Positions 30,015 to 43,102 of a DNA stretch of 64,000 nt are shown piece by piece. The first letter of the stretch is position 1. Every line of letters begins with the position of its first letter. The position numbers and the translations under genes are program-made. The stretch is taken from the NCBI GenBank assembly GCA_951406725.2, contig OX597814.1, positions 176,328,001 to 176,392,000 of the forward strand. The letters are read 5' to 3'. The DNA comes from Octopus vulgaris. Taxonomy: Eukaryota. The notes below the pieces were generated by a model. That model did no database searches. It saw only the letters and a program-made list of their open reading frames with translations, and was not told the origin of the DNA.

Positions 30015-32273
30015 TATTTCTTTATTACCCACAAGGGACTAAACATAGAGGGAACAAACAAGGACAGACATAGGTATTAAGTCGATTACATCGACCCCAG
30101 TGCGTAACTGGTACTTAATTTATCGACCCCGAAAAGATGAAAGGCAAAGTCGACCTCGGTGGAATTTGAACTCAGAACGTAACGGCAGACGAAATACGGC
30201 TACGCATTTCGCCCGGCATACTAACGTTTCTGCCAGCTCGATAACATACGACTGTGATGAAGAGTAGCTGGAATAAACTTCTATGAATAACATAATCTTC
30301 AAGAATGAGGAGGAAATTAGGAGCAGCAAACCAGCCAAACGGTAAGAGTAACAGCAGCAATTTCCTTCTCTGTTTTCAACGACAACACTATTTCATCTAT
30401 TGCAGTCGTAAGGAGGGTGGCAGTGGCAAAAATAAGAACAGTAGCAGCAACAACGACAACAATTACTTTTTGTTTTTACCTTGAGCACAAGCCCAGTAAA
30501 TTTGAGGAAAGAAGGAAGTCGATTACACCGAGCCCTGTGCTCAACAGGTACTTATTTCATCGACCATGAAAGAACGAAGGACAAAGTCAACGTGATGGTG
30601 TTTGAACTCACAGCGTTAAGAGCCGGAAGAAATGCTGCTAAGTATTTTGTCCGTCGTACTAACGATTCTTATTTCTTTACTGCCCACAAAGGGCTACGCA
30701 CAGAGAGGACAAACAAGGACAGACAAACGGATTAAGTCGACTCCAGTGTGTAACTGGTACTTATTTAATCGACCCCGAAAGGATGAAAGGCAAAGTCGAC
30801 CTCGGCGGAATTTGAACTCAGAACGTAACGGCAGACGAAATACCTATTTTTTTACTACCCACAAGGGGCTAAACACAGAGGGAACAAACAAGGACAGACA
30901 AACGGATTAAGTCGATCATATCGACCCAGTGCGTAACTGGTATGTATTTAATCGACCCCGGAGGGATGAAAGGCAAAGTCGACCTCGGCAGAATTTGAAC
31001 TCAGAACGTAACGGCAGATGAAATACCGCGAAGCATTTCGCCCGGCGTGCTAACGTTTCTGCCAGCTCGCCGCCTTTTCGATAATAATATTTTCTACTAT
31101 AGGCATCACGCCTGAAATTCTTGGATCCCAGGACTCAACCGTTACTTACTTTATTCACGACAAAAGTGTGAAAGACAACGTCGACCTAGTTGGTATTTGA
31201 ACTCAGAACGTGAAGGCGGACGAAATACTGTTAAGCATTTCACCCGGCGTGCTAACGATTATGCCAGCTCGTCGCCTCCTTTTCGACAATAATAATCCTT
31301 TCTACTAAAGGCACCCCAGTGCTCAAGTTGTACTTATTTCATCGAATCCGAAGGGATGAAAGGCAAAGTCGACCCCCGTGGAATTTCAACTCAGAACGTA
31401 AAAACTGACGAAATTCCGCTAAGCATTTTGCCCGGCGTGCTAACGATTCTGCTAGCTCGCGGCCTTCTTTTCGACAATAATAATGGTTTCAAATTTTACC
31501 ACAACTGCCGCAATTTTGAGGGAGGGTGATGAGTCGATTACATCGACCTCAGTGTTCAACTGGTACTTATTTTATAGACCCCGAAAGGATGAAAGACAAA
31601 GTCGATCTCGGCGAAATTTGAACTCAGAATGAAGCAGCAGACGAAATACCACTAAGCATTTCGTCCAGCGCTTCTTCTACAGTAATTGGCATTATTGCCT
31701 CAAACAGCAATACAACATCAACAACAGCCGTAGCAAGGTGGCTGCTGGGTCTAGCTAGTTCGCAAGTGTGATAAAACGAACAGAATGGTCGAAGTTCCAA
31801 AAAGAAGAACTGAGGGAGAAATCTAGGGTGCCGTTCGAAATCAAGAAAGAAAAAAGTCGCCTTGATCGTTCTAAAGCAGATTTTGGAAAATCCTGGGAGA
31901 TGTGGAATGAGAAAATTTCCTTACACGTAGGATGGTGTTCGTCATATTCTCTCTGAGTATAAGGTACTTTACCTATTTCTTTACTACCCACACGGGGCTA
32001 AACACAGAGAAGAAAAACAAGGACAGACAGATAAACGGATAAAGTCGATTATATCGACCACAGTGCGTAACAAGGGGCTAAACACAGAGGGAACAAACAA
32101 GGACAGACAAACGGATTAAGTCGATTATATCGACCCAGTGCGTAACTGGTACGTATTTAATCGACCCCGGAGGGATGAAAGGCAAAGTCGACCTCGGCGG
32201 AATTTGAACTCAGAACGTAACGGCAGACAAAATACGGCTACACATTTCGCCCGATTCTGCCAGCTCACCGTCT
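30015..32273 (-). mobile_element. Dense cluster of about 8 group A SINE copies, all on the minus strand
   Basis: Repeated CGACCCCGAAAGGATGAAAGGCAAAGTCGACCTCGGCGGAATTTGAACTCAGAACGT; the copy at 31973-32273 has a 24-bp flanking duplication TCTCTGAGTAT(A/C)AGGTACTTTACC. Confidence 0.92.
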
Positions 32274-34032
32274 TCTCTGAGTATCAGGTACTTTACCACC
32301 CTAGTCAATAGTGAAAAACTCGTCTTCATCCCACAATATATTTTCTTCCACTCCTACGAGCTTGACAAATTGAACACCAGTCAGATACTGGAGCCGATAT
32401 AATTTATTATAATTCCTTGTAGTTTCGGGAATGTACAGGAAATCATTGTTGCTTGTTTTTACAGTAACATAGTCTACATTATTGCTACTTGTGTATCTTT
32501 CCTTCAGACTTTAAAAAGCTTTTTAATTTTATCTCATTTTATTTATTAATTTAGAGAATATAACGGGCAACAGAAAGTACAAGGTTTCATGTTTTTTTTT
32601 CTTTTCATATTTTTCTTTTTCTTGTCTTTTTCTCTCTCTCTCTCTTTATTTTTTAAAGCAATATTTTCAATAATATTCTTCAAAGTAAGACCGAAAGAAA
32701 AAAAAAATGAATTTTAAAAAAATCTTTGAAACAATGAAAACAAAACAAAGAATAATAAACAACAAATGCATCTTCAGAAAAGAATATTTCATTGTTTTTG
32801 TTGTTATTTAATTCAGAGCCAAATTCGCTATCGGTTTTGCGATTACGATCAATTTTCAAAGATAGATTAGTTTCTCAGCAAATATTCGACCAGTTCAATA
32901 AGTTCATTTCATCAATGTTAACATTTTTTTGTTGTTTTATTTATTTATTTATTGTGATTTTTCAAAAGATAAATTGAATTTTTTAAAACATTGTTTCGAT
33001 GACTGAAGGAAAAAAAAAACAACAACAAATACAAAAATCCAAAGGAATCCGGTGCGTTCCTGATAGAAAATATTTTCTGGAGGAGCGTTTGTTTAAACTA
33101 TTATACCAATTCGTTTAAACTATGTTTAATAACAATGGATTCATCTTTCATTTAGTCATTCATTCATTCCATTCTTTTCATGTAATTCATTACCACAAAC
33201 GCATTAAAAATTTTCATTCCACCTCTTATCCGGTTGTTCTCCGCGAAGTTCAAGGCAAATTCATAATATTGCTTTTGACGTTGCTTATGATTTTTTTTTT
33301 CATTCCATTTCCATATCCGGCATTCTTAGACAATTTATTTTCAGATGTTAACAGTAATATTCTTCAAATAGATGATGTACTAGAATCAAATCTAGAGAAC
33401 ACTGGACGCTATAATAAAACGCCCACAAAATCCTGATAGAACAGTTTTTTTCTTAAATCTCTCTTACTCAATTATTTCACTGTTCTTATTGTGTAGGCAT
33501 AGGAAAGTTGTGTTGGTAAAGATTCAAAAGAGGAGTGAAAGAATAGATACCTTTCGTATACCATTCGAGAAATCACAGGTTCTGGAATTGTTGTCCTGAT
33601 AAACGACATATCCTTACCAGACTGGCATGTAATTGCTAATGTTATTGTTATTATTATTATTATTGTTGTTGTTGTTGTTGTTGTTGTATTTAGGAATGGT
33701 CATTTTGCCAGTTTAGCCAATAAAAACACACGCACTATATATTTGGTGTTACTTTGCTTCAGCGTTATTTATTTTTTACATTAATCTTAATCTTATTTCG
33801 GCCAGAGTTCTTTCGTCACACTCCTGTGACTGCATCAGTGGTCCTTTGCTTTCTTCTTTCTTACTAACGGTCAGCCATTTTGTATTTTGTATTTCTATTG
33901 TATGTGTCTTCATTTGCGCATGCGTATACCTCTATGTGTGTCTATGTTTAGTTAGTGTGTGTGTGGGGGAAGTGCCTGTAATATTTGCATCTCCTGTTTA
34001 TATACGTTCGTGTATTATTATCATTATTATTA

Positions 34033-34094
<62 letters not shown>

Positions 34095-34096
<2 letters not shown>

Positions 34097-34600
34097 GGCA
34101 GTGAGCTAGCAAAATCGTTAGCCCAGCGGACAAAACAACTGACAGCATTTCGTCCGTCTTTACGGTCTGAGTTCAAATTCTGCCGAAGTCGTCTTTGACT
34201 TTCATCTTTCGGTGTCGATAAAATGAGTACCCGTTGAATACTGAAGTCGATGTAATCGACAAGTCCCCTACCTTTAAATTACAAGTCTTGTGCCTATAGT
34301 AGAAAGAATTGATATTATTCTTAAGGAACCAAGCTCGCAGAATTGTTAGAGTGCTGGGGGGAATGCTGTGCTGCATTTCTCCAGGCTCTGAGTTCAAATG
34401 TAGAAAGAATTATCATTATTATTCTTGAGGCAGCGAGCTGGCAGAATCGTTAGAGAATCGGAAAAAAATCAAGTAGTATTTCTTCCGTCTTTTCCTTTCA
34501 TCCATCCAGGGTCGATAAAATAAATTACCATTTGAGCACTAATCAACCAGTAGATCTAATCAACCAGTCCACTTTCTTGTACCAAAATGTGAACCCATTA
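34095..34600 (+). mobile_element. Older group A SINE copies
   Basis: AAGGCAGTGAGCTAGC head and group A core after (ATT)n. Confidence 0.8.
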
Positions 34601-36349
34601 TTATTATCGTTGCTGTTTTGCCTGTAGGTCGTCAGCTCAAATCGAACAAGTCTATAGTCAAAGGCATTCCATTCGTTAACATCTTGTCTATTTGTATATC
34701 TAGAATTCCATTTTGCAACATTATTTTATTTTAATACAGTCGGATATTATTTTGGGAATTTGGGGTTTTTTTGCAGGCTGAAATCGGAGACTACAGTTCT
34801 TTGACCTTTTTAATGCTCTACCAAAACTTAGTAAATAAAGATATAATTAAAAACTTCCATAACTCCTATAGAGAATTACTGTTGCAGCAATAATGCAAAA
34901 TATGATGGCGGAATCGTTAGTGCCGGGTGAAGCATCTTGTAGAATGTTTTCCAGATTTTTTAAAATCTGAGCTCAACTATACTTTCTATCCTTCAGGGGT
35001 CGGTAAATGAGAGCATCAGATAAATCCTAGAGTTGATATAATCTTGTTTCCTTCTTTCCGAATTTCGAATTTCTCACCTTATGCCTAAGTCAGAAACAAT
35101 AAATATACACAAGGCCATAGATTTTGGTCAGGAAGAGCGGATAGTTAGGTCCTAGTAGTAAATCTATCGATATCGAGAGAATAAAGGCTAGTAAACTGAG
35201 CAGGTTTGGAAATAAGCAAGCAAAGGGGTTAAAGATAATAACTGCTGCGTCTCCGACGTTAGACTAAGATCTTTGATAAAATCTTAGGTCGTATTTCTTT
35301 GTCCTTTCCTGTAGTCCTATCAAAATCTGTTGCTTTAACATGAGCGTTCCGTCAAAAAGAAAATCCTTTTTTCTATGCCCAAACGTATCTAATCTCTCTG
35401 GAATGGTATTTTATTAGAATAAAAACACCACTTTCTTTCGCATATACACAAAGACACTGTATTTTATGAGATAATGAAATCAAACATTCTGCTGTTCGTG
35501 TTTCCCCCAAGGGATACTAACTGCTATTGTGAAGAGAACTAGCCTCAAACAGAAATCGAATATTTATATCGCGCTTTGTTTGCCTTATATTTTAGATTAG
35601 AAGCTTAAGTGGGGTTTCTAACATTCTTTCTTTTCCGAAAAGGCAATTTGTTTTTAAAGTGGAGTGAATTGTTTCCATCGGGAATGGCCTAAAAGCATTA
35701 TCTCTATAATACAAATATTGATTTTTTTTATTCCAACACAAGCCAACAAAAGAAGGGGTATACAGTCGATTGAATTGACACCAATACATCCATTACTAAA
35801 GATAAAATGGAAATCTCTCCGATGAGATTTGAATCCAGAGCATAAAGGGATGTAACTTTATACCGTAAGGCATTTAATCTGGCATTCTGCTACATCTACC
35901 AAATAGATGTAGCAGTCGTTGTAGAAGTAATAGTACAGAGCACTATTACTTTTACTACCTGGACCCGTGAAAAATTCACGGAAAACACAAAAAATGTAAG
36001 CATCTATAAACAGTGTACTGGTGCCATGAGAAATGTTTGCATATTATGACTGTCTGTCTTTATGTTCTGAGTTCAAATTCTTCCGAGGTCGATAAATTAA
36101 GTACCAGTTGTGTACTGGGGTTGATCTAATCAACTGGCCCCCCTCCCCACAAAAATTTCAGGTCTAGAAAAGTATATTGTGACAGTTACAGAATATAGAA
36201 AGTAACGTAACACGAATGACTATATAATCCAACCAAAATATCTGTTACACAAACGTAAGCGAAATTACTATTTAACCTTAGAATACATCGTACATATTCA
36301 AAGAACCTTATTGGTTTAGTGGTACGAAACGTTTTTCTGGTATTCTTTT

Positions 36350-36540
36350 ATTCTTTTAGTTGTTTCAGTCATGCTGGAGCACCACCCTTTAGTCGAAGAA
36401 ATTGACCCCTGGATTTATTCCCTGTAAGCCTGGTGCTTATTCTATCAGTCTCTTTTGCTGAACAGCTAAATTACAGGAACGCAAACGCACCAACATCGGT
36501 TGTCAAGCAGTGATGGTGGTGAAACAAACACAGACAAACA
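36350..36540 (-). mobile_element. Group C SINE 3' half
   Basis: TGTTTCAGTCATGCTGGAGCACC...CATCGGTTGTCAAGC. Confidence 0.75.
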
Positions 36541-36951
36541 CGCACGCCACACATACATACATGCATACATACATACAAACATACATGCATTCATTCATAC
36601 ATAGATACATACATACATACACACACCCACACATACATATATATATTAATACATACATACATACATACATACATACATACATACATACATACATACATAC
36701 ATACATACATACATGCATAAATATATAAGATGGGCTTGGAGGTAGTGGTGATGCTGGCTGGTGCGATTATGACAACTTACTGATTTCCTATACTATATAT
36801 ATATATATATATATATTATATTATATTGAGGGTACTACTATTCGTAGATACCAACACGCTAAGAGGGACCAATGCGGTCAAAACTACTAAAAATAAACAA
36901 AATTTTACCGAATGCAAAACTTCAAAACACATCATTTTAAAAAAGAATTCA

Positions 36952-37015
36952 GTTACATATCACATGTGATTTCGCATTTAATGCAGAATATGCATTTCAT
37001 GTTCGTCAGTGCAAC
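36952..37015 (-). ncRNA. Type I hammerhead ribozyme motif in a putative Penelope-like element end
   Basis: Minus strand: GUUGCA (stem I), CUGACGA, stem II ACAUGAAAUGC-AUAUUCU-GCAUUAAAUGC, GAAA, UCAC-AU-GUGA (palindromic stem III), UA, UGUAAC (stem I'); the stem II closing pair is A-C rather than G-C. Confidence 0.7.
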
Positions 37016-37207
37016 AAACTCAAGAAATATAAGAAAAAACATAACATTACAAACTCGATAGCCAACCGTAGAATTCGTCGTAGCTTGTACGAATGTTTAT
37101 CCTTACATATCTATGAAAATGGCGGGCTTTTTCGCAATGCATTTCGGTAACAAATTGCCTAGTCGGAATAAAAATTCAGTATTGAACTATTCCGGTGAAA
37201 AATATAA

Positions 37208-37306
37208 ATTAACAATTGAGGATAAAATCTTTAAAAGAAATTATCAGTAGTCAGGTTTTTCACGCTGACTACTGATAATTTCTTTTAAAGATTTTATCCT
37301 CAATTG

Positions 37307-37311
<5 letters not shown>
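37208..37311. repeat. Perfect 47-bp inverted repeat with a 10-nt loop
   Basis: ATTAACAATTGAGGATAAAATCTTTAAAAGAAATTATCAGTAGTCAG, loop GTTTTTCACG, then its exact reverse complement; abuts (TA)n. Confidence 0.95.
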
Positions 37312-37349
<38 letters not shown>

Positions 37350-37351
<2 letters not shown>

Positions 37352-38520
37352 GTAGAAGGTTGAAAAGGAACACACGAGTTGATATATATGGAAAAACAAG
37401 TTAAGGTAGAAAATGCTAAAATAATTTTATAAAAAACATTTCCGTACCGGTTTCAGTCATTGAGACTTTTTCAACTGTAAATATGGAGAACAATTAAATT
37501 TTTGAAAAATTAAAAGAAAAGTTTTTTTTTTAAAGAATATTTGCATAGTATTCAAATACAAGGGGTATTTTCCTTGTTTCTGCTTGTATCTGTCTCTCTT
37601 GTTTACTTTTGTGGGTTCGGGGTCGTTGTGAATTCTTGGCAGGGAAGAAGAAGAAGAAGAAGAAGAAGAAGAAGAAGAAGAAGAAGAAGAAGAAGAAGAA
37701 GAAGAAGAAGAAGAAGAAGAATGTGGGAGTGCCATGATAGTAGTTGGATGTTAAATGATCGAGTGCCCTGAAAGTGACTTGTAGATGGTAGTAGTGATTG
37801 AATTCTTGAGACATCTCTTTTAAATATATTGTTTATAAAATTTGCGTAGGTGTTATTCTAAATAGCAATAGCAGTATAGTTAGGAAGGAGGTGGCGGAGA
37901 GGAAGAAGACGAAGAAGAAGGAAAAGAAAGGAAGAATAAGAAGGGAATGTATGTGGTATGATAGTAGTAGGATGTTAAATGGTCAAGTGACCTAAAAGTG
38001 TTTCGTTATGGATTATAGCAGTGATTGGGACTGTTATTTAATGAAATCTTGAGAATCTCTTGAGTGTATCATTTTTAATATTTGCGTGTGTGTTTGTGTT
38101 ATTCTAAGGCCGTGATAGATATGTCGTTTGCTGTAGATGCTTTCAAAAGGGGTCTGTATTTTGTAATAAAGATAGTCTCTTTATTAATTTGTTGGCAACA
38201 GGTTGTATCGTGCCTGAATTGGTAGAGGGGGAAAATTCTGAAGCTTGGATTTTTGTTATTGGCGCAAATGTCGATGTGTGTGTTGGCTGAATGCTCTTTT
38301 TTCTGTTTTGGGGAATTTTGATCTGGGATCTGTGCAGAGCCATCCTTTTACGCAGACTGTTTTTTGTTTGGCCTATGTATTGCTCTTGACACCCAGAGCA
38401 GGTTAGTGCGTATATCAGTTTCTCCGAAGTACATGTGAAGCTACTTTTCACTGTGAAACGTTGTTCCTGTTTGAACAAAAACTCTGATCCCTCAATTAAA
38501 TTGACGCATATCAAGAGCAA
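37350..38520 (-). mobile_element. Penelope-like retroelement 3' part: GIY-YIG endonuclease, 3' UTR and terminal repeat ending in (TA)n
   Basis: FTCTSEKLIYALTCSGCQEQYIGQTKNSLRKRMALHRSQI, then after a frameshift IDICANNKNPSFRIFPLYQF...KETIFITKYRPLL; hammerhead-like motif near 37446-37474. Confidence 0.85.
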
Positions 38521-40229
38521 TACTGGTTCCCCGATCTTAAAGTGTAGTGTGGGTGTGTAATGATGGAGCGGCTGGTGCGCTGTTGATGCTAGCTGGTGTG
38601 GTGGCCTTCCTCACAGTACTGTGTGGTAGACAATATTTTGCGTGTATGTCATACCACGTTTTTGGCCTTGTCTGTTATCCTAATCGAGTGTCATAACTCT
38701 TACTTTGATATTGTTCGTAGCATGTCCTCTTGAAAATGCGACATATAATTAGCTATGAGAACATACCGGTTGATGCAAATGTACACCAACTTTTTCAAAT
38801 GTTTGCCCTTGAGCCTTATTAATTGTCATTGAATATGCAAGTCTAAGTGGAAACTGAAGTCTGCTTAGTGTGAATATTTGCATCACTTGGAAAAGTTTAA
38901 CTCTGGGAAGTTTCTTTCCATTTCTTCAGGCGTGCAGTTGTTGAAAATTTCTAGGTATAAATGTACAAATTGAAATGCAAAAGAACGTAATAATAAATGG
39001 ATTTATGAATGAAAGTTTGGTAATTGCTTTTATTTCCACCACGGGACACTTATTTTTGCGAACATATTTTAACTATTATTCCTTTGATATCATCTAGATA
39101 ACAAATACCTACCGAGCGACAGCCAATCACCTAGGGTAGGTATTATAGAGTAATGTTATCGTTCAACCCAGCTCCCGTTTCTGTTGGGTTTTCATTGTTG
39201 GTTTTAAAAAAATAAAACAAAAAACCCAAAGGTTTTCAGATTATAGGTTACAAAAACATTATTATTAGTAGTAGTATCATCATCATTATCATCATCATCA
39301 TCATCATTATTATTATTATTATTATCATTATTTACGTTGTTGTATCTATCTTTGGTACAAAGCCAAATTTGAAGTGTGAATAAAGTCGATTTAATCGACT
39401 TTAAGCCATAGATGGTAATTTCTTAAAATCAATAGGTGAAAATCTAAATTCAGAACATAAGGAGTACATAACTATGCACCTTTAAGCATTTATTTCGGTG
39501 CTGTAACTACCGTTTCTATTGGCAGAAATAGAAGTTTAGTGTGTTATGAGATAATGTAAAATACCAAACGGTATTACGTAGGTATGTGAAGTGAAGCGAT
39601 TTCAACCGTGGCTTCTGACCGTTTCAAGATCTCAGGTTACCGAGATTGTCGTCTCTTCGACTTTGTTACACAGCGTTCAACACAATATAAATAACCGAGG
39701 GGAAGTTCTTAAACAGCCAGTCGAAATAACGAGGAAGCTCCACACGCATTTGAAACAAAGAAGTCCCCTATAAATTTAAGACGATGATGGAGTTGCCTAA
39801 GCACTTATTTAAGAGAAAAAACGAAGCCCTCGAGTGCTCATTCTAGATGAGGATAACATCTACTCGTTCAGTCGCGCCAAACAATCTAGCAAGGGAAGTC
39901 CCTTAGCATTCACTATAAACAACGAAGCAAGCCTCCCAGCATGAGACAACTGATCACAACGATGAGGAAAACCCTAAGTTGTTGCTCGAGACATGGAGGG
40001 AACTATCAAATCCTTTAGCAGTTTATCTGGTATATTTACAACGATAATGTGAAGTCTACCAAACATATTGACATTATAATATGCAGTCTTCGTGACATAT
40101 TTACTCTATAATTTGCAGTCTATTTGAGATATTTACACAACAGGATAATAAAAAAAATTGCGCCATAGAATTTACAAATGATCATCGTATAAAACAAAAC
40201 ATAGTGCCACTGTCATTTCTTGTAGGGGC

Positions 40230-41445
40230 TCTAAAACAGAAATTTGAGAATCGAGAACTGTCAGCTATATTAACTTTACTCTTGAGAAGATGAAAGGTAA
40301 AGCTGGCCTCGAATCAATTTGAACTCAATATATACAGAACCATAACGATTAGTGCAAGATATTTTGCCTAACACTCTAACGATTGCGACAATCCACCAAT
40401 AAAGTAATTCTTTCTAATGTAGGCACAAGGCAAACAATTTTGAGGAGATGGGATTAGTGGAACTCATCGACCACAGTTCTTGAATGGTACTTTATTTTAT
40501 CGCTCTCCAAAAGGACGAAAGGTAAAACTGATCTTGGTAGGATTTGAACTTAGAACGTAAAGAACTGGAACAAATATCGCAAAGCGTCTCTGCCGATGCT
40601 CTAACGATTTCATCAATACACTATAATAACAATTGTTTCTAACATAGACACTATGCCAGAATTATGGAAAAGGAATAGCTGGTTATATAGACCGCTGTAC
40701 TTCGATGATATTTTATCACGCTTCCCCTATTCCGATGAATGAAAGGCAAAATTAACCTCCACGATATTGGAGTTTAAAATGTAAAGAATCGCAACAAATA
40801 CCACAAAATATTTTGTTCGATGATTTAATAAGTCTGCCACACTGTCACCCTCAAAATTGATTCCAGTACTTGATTGGTACTTTACTTTTATCGATCCAGA
40901 AAAGATTGAAAGGAAAGTTTAACTTCGGAGGGATTTGAACTCGGTGACCTGCATTATAATCCTTTCTAATTTTGGTACATAGTTAGCAATTTTTCAGAGG
41001 AAGGACAAGTCGATTACGTGAACTCTAGTGCTTAACTTTCATCGACCCCCGGTAGGATAAAAAGGAAAGCTGACCTCGGCGGTATTTGAACTAAGAACGT
41101 AAAAGAAAATGGAAGAAACGCCGCTTAGCATTTTGTCCGACGGTCAAACGATTCTGTCAGCTTGCGACCATATCACATTTATTGTTATACACTAGAGTAT
41201 AAGATCTTGAATACTAAGCAGAATATAAGGCGACGAGCTGGAAGAATCGTTTAGCATGCCATGAAAAATACTTAGCATTTTATCCGTCTTAACGTTTTGA
41301 GTTTAAATTCTGCCGAGGTTGACTTTGTCTTTCATCCTTTAGGACTCGATAAAATAAGGACCAGTTTAGTACTGGAATTGAAGTATTCGACTTACCCGCT
41401 CCTCCGAAATTGCTGGCCTTGTGCCAAAAATTTGAAACCCATATT
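40230..41445. mobile_element. Cluster of old, diverged group A SINEs
   Basis: Repeated degenerate GATGAAAGGCAAAG...GATTTGAACT on the minus strand and one plus copy at ~41228-41440. Confidence 0.7.
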
Positions 41446-42015
41446 ACGCAGGATATTTTTCTTACACTGTTGAATAATCCAATGACCAAGCACTTTTTCA
41501 TCCTGTGAAAAACATGCTACATAATTAATATTAACAACATTAATATTAATCCTTTTATTATTTACATTTAAACCCTTGCACTAGAGCTCCGTTGACTACA
41601 GATACTGCAGTAGACCGCTTGCTGTAGTAGCACTATTATAGCAACAACCAAATATCAATTAAGCTGTATTATTAAAATTGAATAATGTCCAGAATGTAAC
41701 AATAGAGTACTAATTTAATAGCGCACTGCAGGACGCATGAGAACTCATTAGCGAAGTGAGTATAGATAATATATGCGAAATTCCCTTGGGAGTAGGAACT
41801 TAAATTGGATGATTAAATATATATTCAGTCATACCAAAATAATTAACCTAATAAAATGACATATCGGGATATCTAAATTATGATTGAAACAATGATTATA
41901 AAGTCCGTTTAGCTTTAAATTATATATAAAAACATTTATTTTATATTTTGTTACAATTTTGAAAGGTTTTTATTTACACATTTTTCAAATAGCTTTATTG
42001 TTTTGCTATGAATAC

Positions 42016-42053
<38 letters not shown>

Positions 42054-42239
42054 CACACACACATATATATATACATACATACATACATACATACACACAA
42101 ACATACATACATACATGCATACATACATACATACATACATACATACATACATACATACATACATACATACATACATACATACATACATACATACATACAT
42201 ACGTACGTATGTTTGTATGTATGAATGTATGTGTGGATT

Positions 42240-42720
42240 GCCGCAATCTTTAGAGGGCAACGGTAGTAGTGACAGCGACAGAAACACCAATACTGACGCC
42301 AACGACCCGAACACCAGCAGCAACAACATCTCCAGGCCTGGAACTAACCGAATTTGCGACAGAAGTGTGAACGGAACCAACACTCAAATTCGGAAATATA
42401 TCGGGTCAGCTGGGACTGCTGCGCCGTCTGTACAACAACAGGTCCTCTTTCAGGATTCTGGAAAGACGTTTCGTCACATCCTTTGCAAGCCGTGTGTACC
42501 GCCGCAAAGATGAAGGGGCCCCATACAACATCAAGTGGTGGATTATAGAGCGGTCGGAATCCTATATCAACAGGAGCGGACGCCGCAAGTTTTGCATACC
42601 TAAGCGAGCAAGGATCCTCAAATACTCCCTGAAATCAGGATTACTGAATTCACAGCAAGAAATTTACAGTCCCTACAACCATTTCAAACGTTACCTGCTG
42701 CAATCACGTTTAGCAATTAC
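42240..42720 (+). pseudogene. Second, divergent Penelope-like GIY-YIG endonuclease fragment
   Basis: RKYIGSAGT, frameshift, RLYNNRSSFR...TSFASRVYRRKDEGAPYNIKWWIIERSESY...KFC...ILKY...LLNSQQEIYSPYNHFKRYLL, fitting the YIG..R.YNH.SSF..IKW.I..LLN.R.E..H PLE pattern. Confidence 0.75.
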
Positions 42721-42780
42721 GTTTAGAAAAGTATTATCATCAAGAGATTAGAAGTTATTCATTGTCCTTAGAGTTGCATG

Positions 42781-43102
42781 TGAAGGCACGTGGCTTAGTG
42801 GTTAGGGACATTCGACTCATGATCGTAAGGTCGTGAGTTCAATTCCCAGCGGCGCGTTGTGTCCTTGAGCAAGACACTTTATTTCACGTTGTTCCAGTCC
42901 ACTCTGCTGGCAAAAATGAGTAGTAGCTGTATTTCAAAGGGCCATCCTTGTCACACACTGTGTCACGCTAAATCTCCCCGAGAACTACGCTAAGGGTACA
43001 TGTGTTTGTGGAGTGATCAGCCACTTACACGTTAATTTCACGAGCCAGCTGTTCCGTTGATTGTATCAGCTGGGACCCTCATCGTCGCAACCGACGGAGT
43101 GC
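42781..43102 (+). mobile_element. Group B SINE (head 2, tail 2) with a 16-bp TSD
   Basis: TCCTTAGAGTTGCATG at 42765-42780 and 43103-43118; A and B boxes present. Confidence 0.92.

Noticed and set aside
33122-33436. 104-aa ORF or terminal exon
   Set aside because: No recognisable domain and no supportable partner exons
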